Shown: positions 52,372-64,000 of the stretch, one piece after another
Layout of the letters: every line of letters starts with the position of its first letter
How positions within the stretch are numbered: position 1 is the stretch's first letter
NCBI GenBank assembly: GCA_963422365.1
Contig: OY729426.1
Location: 1,920,001 to 1,984,000, forward strand
From: Nitrospirales bacterium
Lineage (GTDB): Bacteria; Nitrospirota; Nitrospiria; Nitrospirales; UBA8639
Reading direction: 5' to 3'
Length of the DNA stretch: 64,000 nucleotides
The notes under the pieces: model-generated
Databases searched by the model: none
The model's input: only the letters and a program-made list of their open reading frames with translations
Told to the model about the DNA's origin: nothing
Program-made: the position numbers and the translations under genes

Positions 52372-53211
52372 TTACAGCGTAACATTCGAGCCTTTTCCTG
52401 AAACCTGACAAATTTGCCTCAATTCCTGAAGTAACACTTTGACTTTGCTGAGCGGGACCATTGTAGGCCCGTCTGAGAGGGCATTATCAGGATCGGGGTG
52501 AACTTCCATAAAAAACCCATCACAGCCTGCCGCAGCGGCCGCACGAGCCAAGGGGGCAATAAATTCGCGTTGTCCGGATGAGTGCCTTCCTCCACCCCCG
52601 GGAAGTTGTACGCTATGCGTGACATCAAAGACCACGGGATAGCCTAACTCTTTCATGACCGGAAGGGCTCGCATATCAACGGCTAAATTATTATAGCCAA
52701 AGGAGGAGCCTCTTTCAGTAAGGACGATTTGATGTGTCCCGCTTTCTTCTAATTTTTTGACGACATTGCTCATATCCCATGGAGAAAGAAACTGTCCCTT
52801 CTTGACGTTGACGGTTTTGCCGGTTTGCGCCGCAGCAATAAGGAGATCGGTTTGTCGACACAGAAACGCGGGAATCTGCACAATGTCTACGACCTGCCCG
52901 GCTTGCCGAATATCCGCAACACTATGGACATCCGTCAGGACCGGTACGTGAACCTGTTCTTTCACTTCTTGAAGGATATCCAGGCCTTCTTGAATGCCAG
53001 GCCCTCGGTAAGAATGAATGGAGCTTCGATTCGCTTTGTCGTAAGACGACTTGAAGATATAGGGAAACCCTACTGCCTGAGCCACATCGGCAAGTTGAAA
53101 CGCCGTGTCCAAAACAATCTGTTCACTCTCAATCACGCAGGGCCCTGCAATCAGAAAATGAGGCTGAACTCCTCCACCTAAAAATTTTCCTAATGGAACT
53201 TCCCGCATCAT
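52372..53211 (-). CDS. kdsA: KDO-8-phosphate synthase
   Basis: IAGPCVIES, KSSYDKANRS, KKGQF, ERG, FDVTHSVQ. Confidence 0.96.
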   Translation of the reverse strand: MMREVPLGKFLGGGVQPHFLIAGPCVIESEQIVLDTAFQLADVAQAVGFPYIFKSSYDKANRSSIHSYRGPGIQEGLDILQEVKEQVHVPVLTDVHSVADIRQAGQVVDIVQIPAFLCRQTDLLIAAAQTGKTVNVKKGQFLSPWDMSNVVKKLEESGTHQIVLTERGSSFGYNNLAVDMRALPVMKELGYPVVFDVTHSVQLPGGGGRHSSGQREFIAPLARAAAAAGCDGFFMEVHPDPDNALSDGPTMVPLSKVKVLLQELRQICQVSGKGSNVTL

Positions 53212-53346
53212 GGTGTCCTTGATATTCCCACCGCCATACCCGAATCGATCATCAGCGACGTTCCCTGTTGCACGGCACCTCTCCTTCAGCGACGCCAAAG
53301 GACTGCCTGAGTTCCATCTTCCGTTCAAGACGGCTGCCGACACCGG

Positions 53347-54990
<1,644 letters not shown>

Positions 54991-55794
54991 TCATCCTAAA
55001 CGGATTCTTTCTGTCATTCCGAGCAAAACGGCCTGTCCTGCCATGAGTTCGTCCCATGAAGCATTCGCCATTTCCAAATCCTCTTCGGTATCGATCCTGA
55101 GTGAGACATGGGCTGTCTCCCACACGTGAACAGGAATCCCATGTTCCAGGGCTCGTAACTGTTCAAGCTTTTCCGTCTGCTCCAACTCCCCGCTTGATAA
55201 TGCGGCAAATCGATTCAAGGTTTGTCGACGAAAAATATACACTCCTAAATGAAGAGAGGCAAAGGGTGGGACAAAAGCTCCGTGGACGTGATCACGACCA
55301 TGTGGAATCGGGGCTCGAGAAAAGTATAAGGCTCTTCCCTGCTGATCCGTAACCACCTTCACGACAGAAGATTGCGAAAATTCCTCATGGCGTGTCAGCG
55401 GACGACGCAGGGTACCCATTTCTGCGTCACTGGCAAGAAACGGATTGATTAAATCCAGCAAGAGATCGGGGGATAACAGGATTTCATCGGCCTGGAGGTT
55501 TACGACAATTTCACAGGGAAGCCCTCGGATCGCCTCGGCCACACGGTCCGTCCCTGTGCGGTAAGGACCGACAATTATCGAGGAACAGCCGCCAAAATTT
55601 TGCACGCTCTCGTGAATTCGAACATCGTCCGTTGCCACGAGAACCTGAGTAATCTTTGGGACTCGGATGGCTTGTTCATAGACATGCTGGATTAAGGGTT
55701 TTCCCGCGAGAAGCGCTAAGGGTTTGCCGGGGAATCTAGAGGATGCATAGCGAGCCGGAATGATAATCGTGACGTGAGGGTTATCCGCCGGCAT
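54991..55794 (-). CDS. kdsB: 3-deoxy-manno-octulosonate cytidylyltransferase
   Basis: IIPARYASSRFPGKPL, GTDRV, ALYFSR, EKLEQLRALE. Confidence 0.95.
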   Translation of the reverse strand: MPADNPHVTIIIPARYASSRFPGKPLALLAGKPLIQHVYEQAIRVPKITQVLVATDDVRIHESVQNFGGCSSIIVGPYRTGTDRVAEAIRGLPCEIVVNLQADEILLSPDLLLDLINPFLASDAEMGTLRRPLTRHEEFSQSSVVKVVTDQQGRALYFSRAPIPHGRDHVHGAFVPPFASLHLGVYIFRRQTLNRFAALSSGELEQTEKLEQLRALEHGIPVHVWETAHVSLRIDTEEDLEMANASWDELMAGQAVLLGMTERIRLG

Positions 55795-56824
55795 AGCGAA
55801 GGGCCTCTTTCAGTTGAGTGTTGGTGATGGCCGCAGTCCCAATCATGCCCACTGCCACCCCTGCCGCATGGTTGGCTAAGATCGCACTTTCTTGAATAGA
55901 GGCGCCGACGCTCAGGGCTAAGGCCAAGGTACTGACCAGGGTGTCCCCGGCACCCGTGACATCATAGACTTGCCGAGCCATGGTTGGGATATGCCAACTC
56001 TTGCCCGTCGATTCACATAGGCTGATCCCCTGCTCGCCCCTGGTCACCAACACGGCTTCGCAGCCAAGCTTTTGGCGCAGTTGGTGACCGATATCATGGA
56101 TCGATTGGTGGTCGGATGCTGAACGGCCAGAGGCCTGCTGAGCTTCCAGATGATTAGGGGTGATGATCGTAACACCGGCATAACAGGAAAAATGTTCGAC
56201 TTTCGGATCAACAAGAATGGGAATGCGTTGGGTGTGCGCTAATTTTCCAAGCTGGGCCATTAGAGAAGGCGTGATGACTCCTTTGCAATAATCAGACACC
56301 ACGATACAGGAAATTGAAAACAAGTGAGTTTGAATATACTTCAAAATCTGCTTGGTGAGCAGAGGGGAAATATCATGATGCCGTTCCAAATCGTATCGAG
56401 CGACTTGCTGGCTATGGGCGATGATCCTGGTTTTTTTCGTCGTAGGTCGTGAGGGATCAACAAGAATACCCATCTGATTTTTTTTGCTCAGACGTGATTC
56501 GTTGATCAGAGCTTGCCCTGTGTCATCAGGACCAATCACGCCACAGAGTTGGGCTCGGCCTCCTAAGGACAGAATATTACTGTACACATTTGCAGCCCCC
56601 CCGAGCTGGAGCGATTCCCGCTCAACATGCACGACCGGAACCGGCGCCTCAGGAGAAATACGGCTGACGGCGCCCCATATGTAATGATCGAGCATGAGGT
56701 CGCCAAGAACCAACACGTTCCCGCGTGAAAATCGGCGAAGGTAGCGTTCCAAAGAAACCGGCGCGGTACGATCAACGGTCTTCTTTTGAGAAGAGGAAGG
56801 TCGTTTAGTCGACGACGGGGTCAC
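55781..56824 (-). CDS. hldA: D-glycero-beta-D-manno-heptose-7-phosphate kinase (HldE kinase domain, RfaE1)
   Basis: GDLMLD, RISPEAPVPV, GGAANV, TPNHLE, DVTGAGDT. Confidence 0.9.
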   Translation of the reverse strand: MTPSSTKRPSSSQKKTVDRTAPVSLERYLRRFSRGNVLVLGDLMLDHYIWGAVSRISPEAPVPVVHVERESLQLGGAANVYSNILSLGGRAQLCGVIGPDDTGQALINESRLSKKNQMGILVDPSRPTTKKTRIIAHSQQVARYDLERHHDISPLLTKQILKYIQTHLFSISCIVVSDYCKGVITPSLMAQLGKLAHTQRIPILVDPKVEHFSCYAGVTIITPNHLEAQQASGRSASDHQSIHDIGHQLRQKLGCEAVLVTRGEQGISLCESTGKSWHIPTMARQVYDVTGAGDTLVSTLALALSVGASIQESAILANHAAGVAVGMIGTAAITNTQLKEALRYAGG

Positions 56825-56845
56825 AACCTGCCAATTTCGTGAAAA

Positions 56846-57604
56846 TCACTCAATAACTTTCCCAATGCGATTCCATCGAACCCATTCCATCAACGAACCT
56901 TGACCATGCCAGGACCAATAGACAAGAAAGGCACGGCCTTTGATTTTATGCGCTTGAACGTATCCCCAAAAGCGACTATCCAAGCTTTGGTCGCGGTTGT
57001 CGCCCATGACAAAATAGGAGTCCGGGGGAACGGTGATGGGCCCGAAATTATCACGGGGATTGATCCGACCATCGATCATGCCGGGATCCACGCGTTGGGT
57101 GAACGGTTTGTCTTGAAACGGCTCGCCATTAATATAGACAAGTTTGCTGTGAATTTGAATGGTGTCACCGGGCAAGCCAATGACGCGTTTAATGAAATCC
57201 TTCCGCTCATCTTCCGGGTATCGAAACACAATAATGTCTCCCCGCTGGGGTTTCTCAAACTCAACAAGCATGGTAGAGGAATAGCAGGTGATCGGAAGCA
57301 AGGAGGCCTCAAATTCGCAATCCTGAGGAATCTGCAGACCATAAGCGAGTTTATTGACCAAAATATGATCGCCAATCTGCAAACTGGGAATCATGGATCC
57401 CGAGGGAATCTTAAAGGCCTGAACAAGAAACACGCGGATGGTCAAGGCTAAGATGATCGCAATGATAATGGCTTCGACATATTCCCGCCATAATGATTTG
57501 GGGGGCGCCGTCTCACTCCGACTCTCTTTATGGAAAGAAGAAAAATCAGGGTCACCGGAAGAGGAATCCGTCGGCAGGACCGAGTTCGGCTTAGAATCAG
57601 TCAT
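56846..57604 (-). CDS. lepB: Signal peptidase I
   Basis: IPSGSMIP, FIKRVIG, MGDNRDQSLDSRFWG. Confidence 0.96.
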   Translation of the reverse strand: MTDSKPNSVLPTDSSSGDPDFSSFHKESRSETAPPKSLWREYVEAIIIAIILALTIRVFLVQAFKIPSGSMIPSLQIGDHILVNKLAYGLQIPQDCEFEASLLPITCYSSTMLVEFEKPQRGDIIVFRYPEDERKDFIKRVIGLPGDTIQIHSKLVYINGEPFQDKPFTQRVDPGMIDGRINPRDNFGPITVPPDSYFVMGDNRDQSLDSRFWGYVQAHKIKGRAFLVYWSWHGQGSLMEWVRWNRIGKVIE

Positions 57605-59409
57605 TATTCATCCTTCACTTTCAAGAGAGCCAAAAACGCTTCTTGCGGGACTTCCACTCGCCCTATTTGCTTCATCCGCTTCTTGCCTTCTTTTTGTTTC
57701 TCCCAAAGCTTGCGTTTTCGGGTGATATCTCCCCCGTAGCACTTGGCCGTGACGTTCTTTTTAATGGCAGAAACCGTCTCACGCGCAATCACGCGTTTGC
57801 CGATCGCGGCTTGAATCGCGACCTCGAACATTTGCTTCGGGATCAACTCCTTCATTTTTTCCACTAACTGACGGCCACGAAAATAGGCTTTCTCTTTGTG
57901 CGTGATAAAAGACAGCGCATCAATGGTTTCGCCGTTCAGCAACAGATCGAGTTTCACTAAATCCGATTCCCGATACTCTGTCAATTCGTAATCCAATGAG
58001 GCATAGCCTTGGGTACGAGATTTTAATTTGTCGTAAAAATCCATCACCATTTCGTTCAATGGCAAAGCATAGACCAACATAATTCGGGTCGTATCCACAT
58101 ACTGTAAGCTTTTTTGTACGCCACGCCGCTCCTGGCATAAAGCGAGAATATTGCCGGCATATCGTTCCGGCGCAATGATCGTGGCTTGAATAAACGGCTC
58201 TTCCATGGTTTCGATGGCTTCGGGGTCGGGAAGTTTAGAAGGATTTTCAATGTCCAGCACCTCTCCGAGCAGAGTCCTGACCCGATAAATCACGGTAGGG
58301 GCCGTACTAATGAGCTCTAACCCATACTCACGATGCAAGCGTTCACGAATGATTTCCATGTGAAGCAGGCCCAAGAACCCGCAACGGAAGCCAAAGCCCA
58401 GAGCCAATGAAGACTCTGGTTCATACACAAACGAGGAATCATTCAGGCGGAGCTTATCGAGCGAGTCTCGAAGATCTTCATAATCCACATTGTCCATGGT
58501 ATAGAGCCCACAAAAGACCAGTGGCTTGACCTCACGATAACCGGGTAACGGCGTTGCAGTCGGTCGATCTGCAGCCGTAAGCGTATCGCCGATTTTTGTG
58601 TCCGACACGTCTTTCATGCCGGCGACGACATAGCCGACCGCACCGGCCTTTAGCTCCTTGGTTTTTGTTCGCTTGGGAGAAAAAATGCCGACCTCAGAGA
58701 CTTCAAATATGCGCCCAGTCGACATGAGCTGGATTTTCGTACCCGGTTGGACCACGCCGTCGAAAATACGAACCAACACAATCGCACCTTGGTAACTGTC
58801 AAACCAAGAATCAAAGATCAGCGCCTTCAGTGAGGCATTGACGGACCCTGTGGGCGGAGGTACTCGACGGACCATGGCATTTAGAACATCATCGACTCCA
58901 ATCCCTTGTTTGGCACTGACCAAGAGGGCATCTTCCACTGCCAGGCCCAAGACGTCTTCGATTTGGTGTTTCACGCCTTCGATATCCGCGCTGGGCAGAT
59001 CGATCTTATTAATCACGGGCAGAATCACGAGATCATTGGCCACGGCGAGATACGCATTGGCAATGGTCTGCGCTTCCACGCCTTGCGTCGCATCCACCAA
59101 CAATAACGCTCCTTCACAGGCAGCTAAACTGCGAGAGACTTCATAGGTAAAATCCACGTGCCCAGGAGTATCAATAAGATTTAATTGATAACCGTGTCCG
59201 TCATGCGCCTTATACAACGTCGTGACAGCGTGGGCCTTAATGGTAATGCCACGCTCACGCTCCAAGTCCATATCATCCAGGATTTGCTCGCGAAATTCCC
59301 TGGAGCTGATCGCTCCCGTTAGCTCCAGTAACCGATCAGCGAGCGTAGATTTCCCGTGGTCGATATGGGCGATAATGGAAAAATTGCGGATATGGGAAAG
59401 TTTGCTCAT
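57604..59409 (-). CDS. lepA: Translation elongation factor 4
   Basis: [49 protein letters not shown]. Confidence 0.98.
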   Translation of the reverse strand: MSKLSHIRNFSIIAHIDHGKSTLADRLLELTGAISSREFREQILDDMDLERERGITIKAHAVTTLYKAHDGHGYQLNLIDTPGHVDFTYEVSRSLAACEGALLLVDATQGVEAQTIANAYLAVANDLVILPVINKIDLPSADIEGVKHQIEDVLGLAVEDALLVSAKQGIGVDDVLNAMVRRVPPPTGSVNASLKALIFDSWFDSYQGAIVLVRIFDGVVQPGTKIQLMSTGRIFEVSEVGIFSPKRTKTKELKAGAVGYVVAGMKDVSDTKIGDTLTAADRPTATPLPGYREVKPLVFCGLYTMDNVDYEDLRDSLDKLRLNDSSFVYEPESSLALGFGFRCGFLGLLHMEIIRERLHREYGLELISTAPTVIYRVRTLLGEVLDIENPSKLPDPEAIETMEEPFIQATIIAPERYAGNILALCQERRGVQKSLQYVDTTRIMLVYALPLNEMVMDFYDKLKSRTQGYASLDYELTEYRESDLVKLDLLLNGETIDALSFITHKEKAYFRGRQLVEKMKELIPKQMFEVAIQAAIGKRVIARETVSAIKKNVTAKCYGGDITRKRKLWEKQKEGKKRMKQIGRVEVPQEAFLALLKVKDE

Positions 59410-59710
59410 TGTAACAGCACAATTTATTGATTTTATTAGGGTTTCCACATCTTGTCAAAGAAAGAATGCACTCTTATAATCGCTGCTGCACTTCTTATCA
59501 CGTGGTCGGTACAAAAAATTTGGAATGATCAAGAATAGTTGACGTCCTTTCCGTATTCTAGCTGCATGATCTTATTCCACCGTCTTCTTGGCCGTATGAA
59601 ATGCGACCCTACAAATCAAAGTATTTTTCTAAGAAGAACTGTCATTGTCTCTTATTCTCAATAATTATTCTCAATTTTTTAAAAAATTAAAGTATTGCTA
59701 TAAATTAAAA

Positions 59711-61117
59711 ATGAAGCAATTTAAGAAAAAAGAGAGAAACAAGACTTCGTATTTTTCCTCTCAACTCTCAAAATGGGATCGGCAATACGTTTGGCACCCT
59801 TTTACCCAAATGAAAGAGTGGGAACAAGAAGACCCCTTGATCATCGAAAAAGGCAACGGCACTTACCTCTACGATATACATGGCAACAAATATCTGGATG
59901 GCACCTCATCCATTTGGGTCAATCTTCATGGACATCGACACGTCACACTCAACACGGCCATTCAAAAACAACTCGGCAAAATTGCCCACAGTACGTTGTT
60001 GGGTGCAGCAAGCCCTCCCTCCATTGTCCTAGCCAAGGAACTCGTCAAAATCGCCCCGAAAGGCTTGACGCGCGTGTTTTACTCAGACAATGGCTCGACG
60101 GCCGTCGAAGTGGCCTTGAAAATGGCAATTCAATATTGGCAGCAACAGAGTCCACCGCAAAAACAGAAAACGAAATTTGTTCGTCTGGATGACGCCTATC
60201 ATGGCGATACCATGGGGAGCATGAGTGTGAGTGGGGTCAGCCTGTTTCATGAACGCTTTCGGCCTTTGCTGTTTTCCGCCATATCGCTTGATGCCCCGTA
60301 CTGCTATCGATGCCCGCTGAATTTACGCTTCCCGTCGTGCAACACCGCGTGTCTCGATCCCCTGGAAGACATCTTGGCAACGCAGCATAATCAAATTGCC
60401 GGAGTCATCATTGAGCCCATGGTGCAGGCCGTGGCTGGAATGATGACGCAGCCGCCTAGCTATGTCTCACGCGTGCGAGAGTTATGCACGAAATACGATG
60501 TGCTGCTCATCGCGGATGAAGTGGCTACGGGCTTTGGCCGGACCGGCAAGATGTTTGCGTGTGATCATGAAAACGTGGCCCCGGATCTGATGTGTGTGGC
60601 TAAGGGGCTAACCGGGGGATACTTGCCGTTGGCCGCCACCATGACCACTCAAACAATCTATGAGGCATTTCTTGGAGAGTACGTCGAATTCAAGACCTTT
60701 TTTCACGGTCATAGCTACACGGGCAATGCGCTGGCCTGTGCCGCGGCCCTTGCAAACTTGGAAATTTTTAAAAAAGAGAAGACGCTTGCCCATGTCAAGA
60801 AAAAGGCACGACTTCTCCAAAAACTTCTCAAACCACTGGCGGACTTGCCGATCGTAGGAGACATCCGTCAATGCGGGCTGATGGCGGGTGTTGAATTCGT
60901 CAAAAACAAAGAAACACTGCAACCCTTTCCATTGTCCGAACGTATCGGCCACCACGTCGCGATGGAATGCCGTGGTCGCGGGTTACTCCTGAGGCCAATC
61001 GGGCATAGTGTGATCTTGGTGCCCCCACTCGCAACGCTCGAGCAAGAATTGCGGCAGATGGTGCATATCTTAATCGAGTCCTGTCTGGCGGCTTGTAAAG
61101 GTCTCGATGAATTTTGA
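59711..61117 (+). CDS. bioA: Adenosylmethionine--8-amino-7-oxononanoate transaminase
   Basis: VWHPFTQ, SDNGSTAVEVALK, AYHGDT, ADEVATGFGRTG, AKGLTGGY, HGHSYTGN. Start approximate. Confidence 0.94.
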   Translation: MKQFKKKERNKTSYFSSQLSKWDRQYVWHPFTQMKEWEQEDPLIIEKGNGTYLYDIHGNKYLDGTSSIWVNLHGHRHVTLNTAIQKQLGKIAHSTLLGAASPPSIVLAKELVKIAPKGLTRVFYSDNGSTAVEVALKMAIQYWQQQSPPQKQKTKFVRLDDAYHGDTMGSMSVSGVSLFHERFRPLLFSAISLDAPYCYRCPLNLRFPSCNTACLDPLEDILATQHNQIAGVIIEPMVQAVAGMMTQPPSYVSRVRELCTKYDVLLIADEVATGFGRTGKMFACDHENVAPDLMCVAKGLTGGYLPLAATMTTQTIYEAFLGEYVEFKTFFHGHSYTGNALACAAALANLEIFKKEKTLAHVKKKARLLQKLLKPLADLPIVGDIRQCGLMAGVEFVKNKETLQPFPLSERIGHHVAMECRGRGLLLRPIGHSVILVPPLATLEQELRQMVHILIESCLAACKGLDEF

Positions 61118-61538
61118 TCCTGCCATTGCCGCGCAAGAAGCCTTGGCTCGTGCGTATGCCCATGACGAACTCGGTGATGCGCAACCCGATATCGAGGAAG
61201 CAGAGGAACTGTTTTCCACGGAAACCGGCGCAGACGCGAAACGAGCCTATGAAACCCTGATTGCCATCGGTGAGACCCTGCCACAGGCACAGGGCTTTCA
61301 AGAATTTCTCATCTTTATCACCTGGCAGCAGGTCACCGAGGAAACCATTCCTCGACATTTCCGGAAGGGCGTTCAGTTAAGCGGGCAGTTTCTCGATCGA
61401 TTCGGTGCTCGCGTTACCGGAAGCAACATCCACGAGCGCATTGTGGCCATTCAGCAGTCTTTTGCACAAGGATTAGGTAACCGCGTGGAATCGATTCAAG
61501 ACGAATACGATCAGGATGCCTTCGCCGGAGGCGATTGA
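61107..61538 (+). CDS. Hypothetical acidic helical protein
   Basis: 143-aa ORF overlapping the end of bioA. Confidence 0.65.
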   Translation: MNFDPAIAAQEALARAYAHDELGDAQPDIEEAEELFSTETGADAKRAYETLIAIGETLPQAQGFQEFLIFITWQQVTEETIPRHFRKGVQLSGQFLDRFGARVTGSNIHERIVAIQQSFAQGLGNRVESIQDEYDQDAFAGGD

Positions 61539-63233
61539 CCGATCACTTAGCCGTAACCGATGCTGATTCTAATCTGGCTGACTCTGGCGGTTCCGATTTC
61601 GGATTTAATCCGCTTGCCAAAGCAATAGCAGACGGCATTTCAAAAATGCCGATGCCAGAGGGTACGGTTATTGCCGTCAATGGTCCATGGGGCTCGGGCA
61701 AGAGCCACGTTGTCAACCTTGTGTGGCATCATTCGAATGTGCCGGTTTGGAGATAGTTGATTTCAAATGCTGGTGGTTCCGTGGCGAGGAAGCTCTTACG
61801 ATTGCGTTCTTTAGTAGCGAACTTTACTCCGCGATGATCCCCCCCCCCATTGGCAGGAAAGCCAAGAAAGTCATCTCTAAATTGGGCACGCAATTTCTCC
61901 TTGAGGCGAGTCCGGTCGTAGGCTCAGTGCTGAACGTGGCAGTTACGCCTGGCTTAAGCTCAATTGCTCCCAAAGCGATAAGATTTATTGGCGGTCTTAT
62001 CAAGAAGAATGAGCCTGTCGAAAAGCTGTACAAGAAGCTTTCCGATGCTCTAAGGACGGACTTAAAAAGCGTTATTTGATTGTCATTGACGACATCGATC
62101 GCCTGTCACCTGACGAGACGATGCTGATTTTTCGTCTGGTAAAATCGGTTAGTGGATTACCGAATCTTATGTGCCGCTCGCCTACGATCGGCAACTTGCC
62201 GAGAAAATCGTCACTGAGCGTTATCCGTCTGAAGGTCTACATTATCTCGAAAAGATCGTTCAGGCATCCTTCGATTTGCCCGGGCCACGTCGATTATCGC
62301 TAAACTGGGAATTTTCGAGGTACTTGAACAGCACCATTGAAGAAGAAGAGTTCGGAAATGGGGTCTATTTCGGCAATCTGTTCCATAAAATCATCGCTCC
62401 TGAAATCAAAACGCCACGCGATATTCTCAGGATTTTGAATCCATTGAAAATCACTTGGGGAGCAGTCAAAGGCGAGGTCGATCCTACGGATTTTCTTTGT
62501 CTGGAAACTTAGAGCATTCAACGCCCAGAATTATACCGCACTTTGAGGTCAAACAAGGTCCGCTTGACAGAAACAGCACGAAACTCGACCACCCGAGAAC
62601 CAAATCATTTACGTCAAGAATACGATGATATTTTTCTTAACGTGTACCTGATTCGGAACGGGAAAGATTACGCCATGCCATGATGCAGTGATTCCCCGCG
62701 CTGAAAAAGGTAAGCCACGATGCAGGCATTCGTGAAGATTGGGAGTGCTAGCGCCGCGTCTGCTCACCCATACACTTCGACACCTATTTTCGATTCGCAC
62801 TGCCGAATGATGGGTTAAGCAGTCAAGAGATCGAGGAGCTTATTTCTCATTCCGGCGATCCGCCGTTCGTTCAACGTTTGTTTCTCGAGGCAGGAAGAAA
62901 GACCTGCCAAACGGTGGCACCAAGGCCATTCGGCTTCTTGAAGCACTCTGTCTTTATGCGGATGACGTGGCAGTAGCTCGGTTGGCGAAGGCATTCACCG
63001 GCTTATCGTCGAACAGCTACCTTGGGAATTCTGTCGCAAGGCGAAATCACATTGCCGTGACGGATACGTTGGAGTCTATCGTTGATTTGAGTGAATTTCA
63101 CGCGCGTGCCGAACAAGTGCAGGAGAAAAGGAACTTGAAAGCCGAGGATCACGAATCTTTGTCGATATTTCTCGACGCGTGGCAAGAACAAGACGTGCGA
63201 CGAAGACAAGAGGAGGGGAACAGTGAGGATTGA
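61535..63233 (+). pseudogene. KAP-family P-loop NTPase, multiply frameshifted
   Basis: Fragments: VIAVNGPWGSGKS, FKCWWF, IVIDDIDRL, LAYD, YLEKIVQASFDLP, TPRDILR. Confidence 0.85.
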
Positions 63234-63255
63234 TGACATTCATAGTGTCCTTCAA

Positions 63256-63578
63256 GTGTATTGCTCAGAATGCAGCACCCAAGTGGCGTCAAGTGCTAAG
63301 TTCTGCTCTACATGTGGTTCCGCTATGAGCGGAACTCTCCTGCCTGAAAGTGAAGTCGCAGTTAACCAAACAATCAAGCATCGCTAGCAGAGATCGTTGC
63401 TCCCTCCTCGCTTGGCACGAAGTGGCTGAAGTTCTGGAACTCGGTCTGCCAGTTGGAGAGGTTATTAGATTCCTGTTTGGACTCCTGTATGGTGCGAGTG
63501 CCATTCATCTTGGTGTGGCCTAGCGTCAGGCTGCATGGTCTTTCCTTTTTTTCAAAAAGACGAGCGTTATTTTCTTAG
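63256..63578 (+). pseudogene. Degraded zinc-ribbon protein (possibly membrane-associated)
   Basis: GTG-YCSECSTQVASSAKFCSTCG (CxxC...FCxxCG), TAG at 63385-63387, and downstream fragments in other frames (LGTKWLKFWN, KRRALFS*). Confidence 0.45.
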
Positions 63579-63780
63579 AAGGGAAATCATCGAAGATTAC
63601 CCAGAAGCTACAAGGCCACTGTTGTCTTATATTTGGTTACAGGAAAGAGGCTGCCTTACATGTGATCCGATCACTAATGGACGAATATCCGGCAAGTATC
63701 ACGGCCTCTATTCCAAATGAAAATTCGTGAAGCGATGAGCCCAGGAGAATGAAATGAAAAAATGTGAGGTGCAACACGGC

Positions 63781-64000
63781 ATGGCCGATTTCGATCACGA
63801 AGCTTGCAAATTCTTCCATGATCGCTGCCTCGAACGAGGTATTATCCCGCAACCCATACCCGTGAGCCAAAAGGCTACGGTTCGCCGACCGGATTTCAAA
63901 CTTTCGATTGATGCAGAACCGTCGTTGTCGAAGTCAAAGCAATCAAAGAGTCGAAAAATGATCGCATCTTTAAGGAAAAAATTGTAGCGCAGAACGTCTT
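63781..64000 (+). pseudogene. Frameshifted PD-(D/E)xK nuclease-like gene, partial at the window end
   Basis: RRPDFKL in one frame and VVVEVK in a shifted frame after about 63915, which stays open to the window end. Confidence 0.45.

Noticed and set aside
59410..59710. BirA operator upstream of bioA
   Set aside because: AT-rich divergent promoter region, but no properly spaced TGTAAAC...GTTTACA-type palindrome.

Overview
Bacterial chromosomal window of roughly 50% GC by eye. Gene content and protein style suggest a Nitrospirota (Nitrospirales-like) organism, which is an inference. Intact core loci are: a nitrogen-assimilation cluster (amtB-glnK-amtB-glnA plus a GlnE apparently split into two divergently transcribed genes, one carrying GlnD-like ACT domains), clpB, an AsmA-like protein, mtnA, purL, purF, a GTPase-degenerate EF-G paralog, a lepA-lepB-hldA-kdsB-pyrG-kdsA-pgsA-plsY-degP run, and bioA. 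Accessory DNA lies between them. (i) A two-gene cassette encodes a YidC-like/LtaS-sulfatase-fold fusion with an in-frame C16 tract between its halves, plus a TagF-like CDP-glycerol phosphotransferase; this is the best candidate for a poorly described, phase-variable surface-polymer system. (ii) A dead type III restriction-modification operon still encloses two intact cargo genes, a PHP-ABC ATPase and a Schlafen/AlbA_2 protein. (iii) There are several multi-lesion pseudogenes: an outer-membrane beta-barrel, rtcB, a KAP NTPase, a zinc-ribbon protein and a PD-(D/E)xK nuclease. No tRNA, rRNA, CRISPR array, integrase or transposase was recognised. All family assignments come from motif recognition by eye, not database searches.
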